From contig NZ_CP179200.1 in assembly GCF_051201565.1 (NCBI RefSeq), positions 630,001 through 662,000 of the forward strand: a stretch of DNA of 32,000 nucleotides. Reading direction: 5' to 3'. Made by a program: the position numbers and the translations under genes. The DNA comes from Pseudothioglobus sp. nBUS_23. GTDB lineage: Bacteria; Pseudomonadota; Gammaproteobacteria; PS1; Pseudothioglobaceae. Positions 28,430 through 32,000 of the stretch are shown here, piece by piece; positions within the stretch are counted from its first letter, which is position 1, and each line of letters begins with the position of its first letter. The notes beneath the pieces are model-generated. The model searched no databases. It saw only the letters and a list, made by a program, of their open reading frames with translations, and was not told the DNA's origin.

Positions 28430-29833
28430 TTGGAAGATCAAATATTAGCTTTAACGGCTGAAGTAGCCGCTATAAAAGGTGCTGCCGAGGTCACAAACAG
28501 GATGTTTGCTGAGGCGTACTATTACGTAACAATTCCTTTGATGGTTCTCATTCATGCTGGCTTCCTTCTCTATGAGATGGGTGCTACACGCTTACAGAAT
28601 GTACTGTCATCGGGTGTTAAAAATTTACTCGCGTTCGCGTTTACTATCGCTGCATGGTATCTATTTGGCTGGTGGTTCTACTGGGCCCTGCCAACTTGGC
28701 CATTAGACTTTAGTGCTGGTGCCGGATATATGGAGATATCGGGTCTAGAGTATGCAAATGCTATCGCATGGGCTTGGGGCGATTCTGCTCAGTACATGGG
28801 GCCAAATATGGGTGACAATGCTTCAGGTGTATTCTGGGGTGCTTTCGCCTTATTTGCTGCAACAACTGCATCGATCGCATCTGGCGCACTCATCGAGAGA
28901 ATACAAACCGTAGGTTTTGTAATCTGTGCGGTTGTGCTAGGTACTGCAGCTTGGGGTATTGCAGCTGCATGGGGATGGCACGCTGACGGATGGTTAGTCA
29001 CTGAGTTTGGATATCACGACTTTGGTGCTGCTGGTCTTGTGCACGCTGTGGCTGGATTCTTCGCGCTGGGTGTTCTATTGAACTTAGGTCCACGTGTCGG
29101 AAAATTCAACGCTGACGGCTCTGCGAATCATCTTGCGGGTCACAATATGCCGCTTACAGTAACTGGCTTAATGCTGATTATTGTTGGATTCTTTGGATTC
29201 CTCATGGCTTGTATCATTCTGCCTGGAGAAGGATGGAGTTGGTATGGCGACAGAGCGACTACCATTTATGGTACTCCAATGACACTTTCAGCGCTAGCGT
29301 TTAACGTTCCTCTAGCTGCTGCTGGCGGTATTATTGGTGCTTGGGTTATGACAAGAGATCCTTTCTGGATGATGTCTGGCTGTCTAGCAGGTATTATTTC
29401 AGTAGCCTCGGGTCTTGATGTTTACTTTGGTTCAACTGTCATAGCTGTTTCTATGCTTGCGGGTATTATTCTGAAGCCGTGTGCGGATTGGCTAGAGGGT
29501 CTTGGTATCGATGACGCTGTTGGCTGTGTAACAGTTCACGGAACGATTGGACTATTTGGCGTTGTAATGCTTGGTATCTTGGGTTCTGGAGTTCCAGGAC
29601 TTGGCGCTTTTGCTCCGGAAGACACTGTTGCAATTAGCCTATTTGGCCAAATTGTTGGTGCAATTGTCATGTTCTTGCTAGGTTTTGTTCCAGGATACGT
29701 TGTGTCTTGGATCGTGAACAAAGCTGGAATGTTACGTATCCCAGACGCAGTTCAAGAAAGAGGACTTGATGCAGTGAAAGTACCTGCACAGGCATACCCT
29801 CAAGGTATGACGAGCCCTGAATCTGAATCTTAA
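28430..29833 (+). CDS. amt: Ammonium transporter (Amt family)
   Basis: The 467-aa protein has about 11-12 TM segments. It has the HAGFLLYEMG motif (AGFxxxExG), and the conserved His-containing helices GLVHAVAGFFALG and VTVHGTIGLFGV are Amt/Rh hallmarks. The TTG start is 8 nt after GGAG, and an alternative in-frame ATG lies at 28502. Confidence 0.92.
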   Translation: MEDQILALTAEVAAIKGAAEVTNRMFAEAYYYVTIPLMVLIHAGFLLYEMGATRLQNVLSSGVKNLLAFAFTIAAWYLFGWWFYWALPTWPLDFSAGAGYMEISGLEYANAIAWAWGDSAQYMGPNMGDNASGVFWGAFALFAATTASIASGALIERIQTVGFVICAVVLGTAAWGIAAAWGWHADGWLVTEFGYHDFGAAGLVHAVAGFFALGVLLNLGPRVGKFNADGSANHLAGHNMPLTVTGLMLIIVGFFGFLMACIILPGEGWSWYGDRATTIYGTPMTLSALAFNVPLAAAGGIIGAWVMTRDPFWMMSGCLAGIISVASGLDVYFGSTVIAVSMLAGIILKPCADWLEGLGIDDAVGCVTVHGTIGLFGVVMLGILGSGVPGLGAFAPEDTVAISLFGQIVGAIVMFLLGFVPGYVVSWIVNKAGMLRIPDAVQERGLDAVKVPAQAYPQGMTSPESES

Positions 29834-29851
29834 TTTTTAAGGAGAATTAAT

Positions 29852-30031
29852 ATGGGATATTTTGCTGAATCTTTTACAGAGCTTATGGATGCTGATGGTG
29901 CTTGGATGGACATGGGCATGTATATCGGTTCTGGCTCATCAGCCGCTGGCTGGTGGACAGTTATTGCTGTAGTCATGTTGGTAGGAGTCTTAGTTAAAGG
30001 CAACTCTGACGAGCAGGACCACTATAAGTAA
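29852..30031 (+). CDS. Hypothetical small membrane protein (59 aa) immediately downstream of amt
   Basis: My hand translation is MGYFAESFTELMDADGAWMDMGMYIGSGSSAAGWWTVIAVVMLVGVLVKGNSDEQDHYK. A strong SD (TAAGGAGAA) lies 7 nt upstream and the ORF starts 18 nt after the amt stop. It has one TM helix and is followed directly by a strong terminator. Confidence 0.55.
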   Translation: MGYFAESFTELMDADGAWMDMGMYIGSGSSAAGWWTVIAVVMLVGVLVKGNSDEQDHYK

Positions 30032-30054
30032 AAATCTGTAACAAGTGAAAAATG

Positions 30055-30087
30055 AAAAGGGCGGTATTGATATACCGCCCTTTTTTT
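30055..30087. terminator. Bidirectional intrinsic terminator between the amt operon and sucB
   Basis: gggcggtat (30059..30067) pairs with ataccgccc (30072..30080), a GC-rich 9-bp stem with a 4-nt loop. It is flanked by aaaa on the 5' side and ttttttt on the 3' side, and it sits between convergent genes. Confidence 0.85.
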
Positions 30088-30108
30088 ATTGTGGATTGAG
30101 TTTTTATT

Positions 30109-31239
30109 CTAAACTTTTAGCAATAGTCTTGCTGGATCTTCAAGCGCTTCTTTGATTGATATTAAAAATTGAACCGCTTCTTTGCCATCAATTATTCTGT
30201 GGTCATAAGACAATGCGAGATACATCATTGGCCTGATGACAACTTCTTCGTTCACAGCGACAGGGCGATCCTGAGTTTTATGCATGCCAAGAATGGCGCT
30301 TTGTGGTGAATTCAAGATCGGAGTAGACATGAGTGAACCAAAGACCCCGCCGTTGGATATGGTAAAGGTACCCCCGCTCATTTCTTCAATGCCTAGGGTT
30401 CCATCTTGGGCACGAACAGCAAAGTCTACAATGCCTTTCTCAATGTCATGCATGCCCATTTTATGGGCATCACGAAGCACTGGAACGACCAGGCCGCGAT
30501 CAGATGACACTGCCACAGAAACGTCACAGTAAGCATGATAGACAATATCCTCGCCATCAATGTAGGCATTGACCGTTGGAAACTTTTTGAGCGCTTCTAC
30601 TGCAGCTTTGACAAAGAAAGACATAAAGCCGAGCTTAACAGAATACTTTTTCTCAAAGGCCTCTTTGTAGCTCGCTCTCATTGAGAGTATCTCAGTCATA
30701 TCAACCTCATTAAAGGTTGTCAGCATTGCTGTATTTTGTGTCGCTGAGTGAAGCTTGTTGGCAATAGTCTTTCGAATTCGTGTCATAGGCACTCTCTCTT
30801 CCATTCGGTTACCTATCGGCTTTGAATTGGAAGGCTCGGGAGTGGGCTCAGAGGCAACTTCAGGAGTGTCTGGAGTATTGTCTTGTTCTTTTGCAGTACT
30901 CTCTTGAATTGCTTCAGGTTCATTGCTCTTTATAGGAGAGCTCTCTTCCACTTTTTCTTCAGACTGATCTTGACTCTCTTTAGATTGAATATCTTCAGAA
31001 TCAGCCTCGTCATCAATGAGTCCTAGTACCTGTTGCTCAGATACAGTTTCTCCTTCTTCAGCTGTAATTTCAGATAAAACGCCAGCTTCTTCTGCAGGGA
31101 CCTCTAAAACAACTTTGTCCGTCTCTATTTCAACAATGACATCATCAAGCTCAACGTAGTCACCTGGTTTCTTATGCCATGCGGCAACCGTTGCCTCAGT
31201 TATTGATTCTGGCAGAACAGGTACTTTTATTTCTTTCAT
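30109..31239 (-). CDS. sucB: Dihydrolipoyllysine-residue succinyltransferase (E2 of 2-oxoglutarate dehydrogenase)
   Basis: It has an N-terminal lipoyl domain ([14 protein letters not shown]), an acidic/Pro linker, and a catalytic domain containing [14 protein letters not shown]. It lies directly downstream of sucA with an ATGA overlap. Confidence 0.95.
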   Translation of the reverse strand: MKEIKVPVLPESITEATVAAWHKKPGDYVELDDVIVEIETDKVVLEVPAEEAGVLSEITAEEGETVSEQQVLGLIDDEADSEDIQSKESQDQSEEKVEESSPIKSNEPEAIQESTAKEQDNTPDTPEVASEPTPEPSNSKPIGNRMEERVPMTRIRKTIANKLHSATQNTAMLTTFNEVDMTEILSMRASYKEAFEKKYSVKLGFMSFFVKAAVEALKKFPTVNAYIDGEDIVYHAYCDVSVAVSSDRGLVVPVLRDAHKMGMHDIEKGIVDFAVRAQDGTLGIEEMSGGTFTISNGGVFGSLMSTPILNSPQSAILGMHKTQDRPVAVNEEVVIRPMMYLALSYDHRIIDGKEAVQFLISIKEALEDPARLLLKV

Positions 31240-32000
31240 TTTTTAACGCTCCTGGCTTTATCTATAGGCTGAAGACCTAATGCTTTTTCAATGATATGAC
31301 TCTGATTGATGTTGTGAAGTCTGACACTGCCTTCTGCAGGTGCGGCGTAGAGATCACGAGCAACAACATGAAGGGTTTGACCTTTGGTAAGGTTTCTCAT
31401 AAAGTTATGTCTGGAAGTGTACCATGCGCCCTGATTAATCGGCTCTTCCTGGCACCAAATAATATCCTTAGCATTGGTAAACTTTTTAATTTCCAATGTG
31501 AGGGCTTCGTGAGGGAACGGGTAGAGCTGCTCGACTCTGAGAATTGCTACATTATTGAGTTGATCATCCTGACGCCTAGTTAAAAGTTCATAGAAGACCT
31601 TGCCACTACAAAGAACGACTCTATCGACTTTTTTGGGTTTGATGTTGTCATAACGCTCTTCAATTACAACTTTAAATTTTTCATCTGTAAACCTAAAGAG
31701 AGGAGATGAGGCAAGTGGATTTCGAAGTAAGCTCTTTGGCGTCATGATAATAAGCGGCGCTCGGAACTTTCTCAAAATCTGTCTTCTCATGAGATGAAAT
31801 ATTTGAGCTGCAGTCGATGGCACGCAGACCTGCATGTTGTGACTGGCACAAAGCTGAAGAAAACGCTCAAGTCGACCTGAAGAGTGCTCAGGTCCCTGTC
31901 CCTCAAGGCCATGAGGCAGAAGCATAACAAGGTTCGAAAGGCGACCCCATTTGGCCTCACCGGACGATATAAATTGGTCAATGATAGCCTGCGCTCCATT
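31236..32000 (-). CDS. sucA: 2-oxoglutarate dehydrogenase E1 component, C-terminal ~254 codons. The gene continues beyond the right edge.
   Basis: [40 protein letters not shown] matches E. coli SucA ([25 protein letters not shown]). The frame stays open upstream of the track's Met: positions 31926..32000 encode [25 protein letters not shown], compared with E. coli [20 protein letters not shown]. Confidence 0.95.
   Translation of the reverse strand, partial: NGAQAIIDQFISSGEAKWGRLSNLVMLLPHGLEGQGPEHSSGRLERFLQLCASHNMQVCVPSTAAQIFHLMRRQILRKFRAPLIIMTPKSLLRNPLASSPLFRFTDEKFKVVIEERYDNIKPKKVDRVVLCSGKVFYELLTRRQDDQLNNVAILRVEQLYPFPHEALTLEIKKFTNAKDIIWCQEEPINQGAWYTSRHNFMRNLTKGQTLHVVARDLYAAPAEGSVRLHNINQSHIIEKALGLQPIDKARSVKK

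Noticed and set aside
31787-31999. A 70-aa minus-strand ORF at the right edge
   Set aside because: It is in a different frame from sucA. The sucA frame stays open to the window edge and encodes the conserved [20 protein letters not shown] block, so this ORF is a shadow.

Overview
This is an AT-rich, densely coding chromosomal segment that looks gammaproteobacterial, probably from a streamlined marine lineage (an inference from gene order and composition only). The conserved core is the E. coli-like thrS-infC-rpmI-rplT-pheS-pheT-ihfA cluster at 9.6-16.4 kb. Also present are msrA, a moeB-like gene, tRNA-Pro(GGG), def, an ammonium transporter, and sucB with the 3' end of sucA at the right edge. 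Several transporters and a few small enzymes and hypothetical proteins fill the rest: MFS, AI-2E family, DMT/EamA, MATE, pirin, a class-I glutamine amidotransferase, a DCC-family protein and a Cys-rich CWC/DUF5522 protein. The unusual content is envelope-related and sits in three places. (1) At 1-6.2 kb, two diverged tandem copies of a translationally coupled DUF1800+DUF1501 gene pair bracket an orphan secreted 451-aa protein. Only DUF1501 carries a Tat signal. (2) At 6.4-8.2 kb, an inverse-autotransporter (intimin/invasin-type) beta-barrel ends right after the linker signature, so it has no passenger. One nucleotide later a separately signal-peptide-bearing, Cys-containing 297-aa orphan begins. 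(3) At 23.6-26.2 kb lies a NalP/SphB1-like lipoprotein subtilase autotransporter. I found no CRISPR array, IS element, integrase, toxin-antitoxin or recognisable defence genes. All homology statements come from reading the translations and recalling family motifs; nothing was searched against a database.
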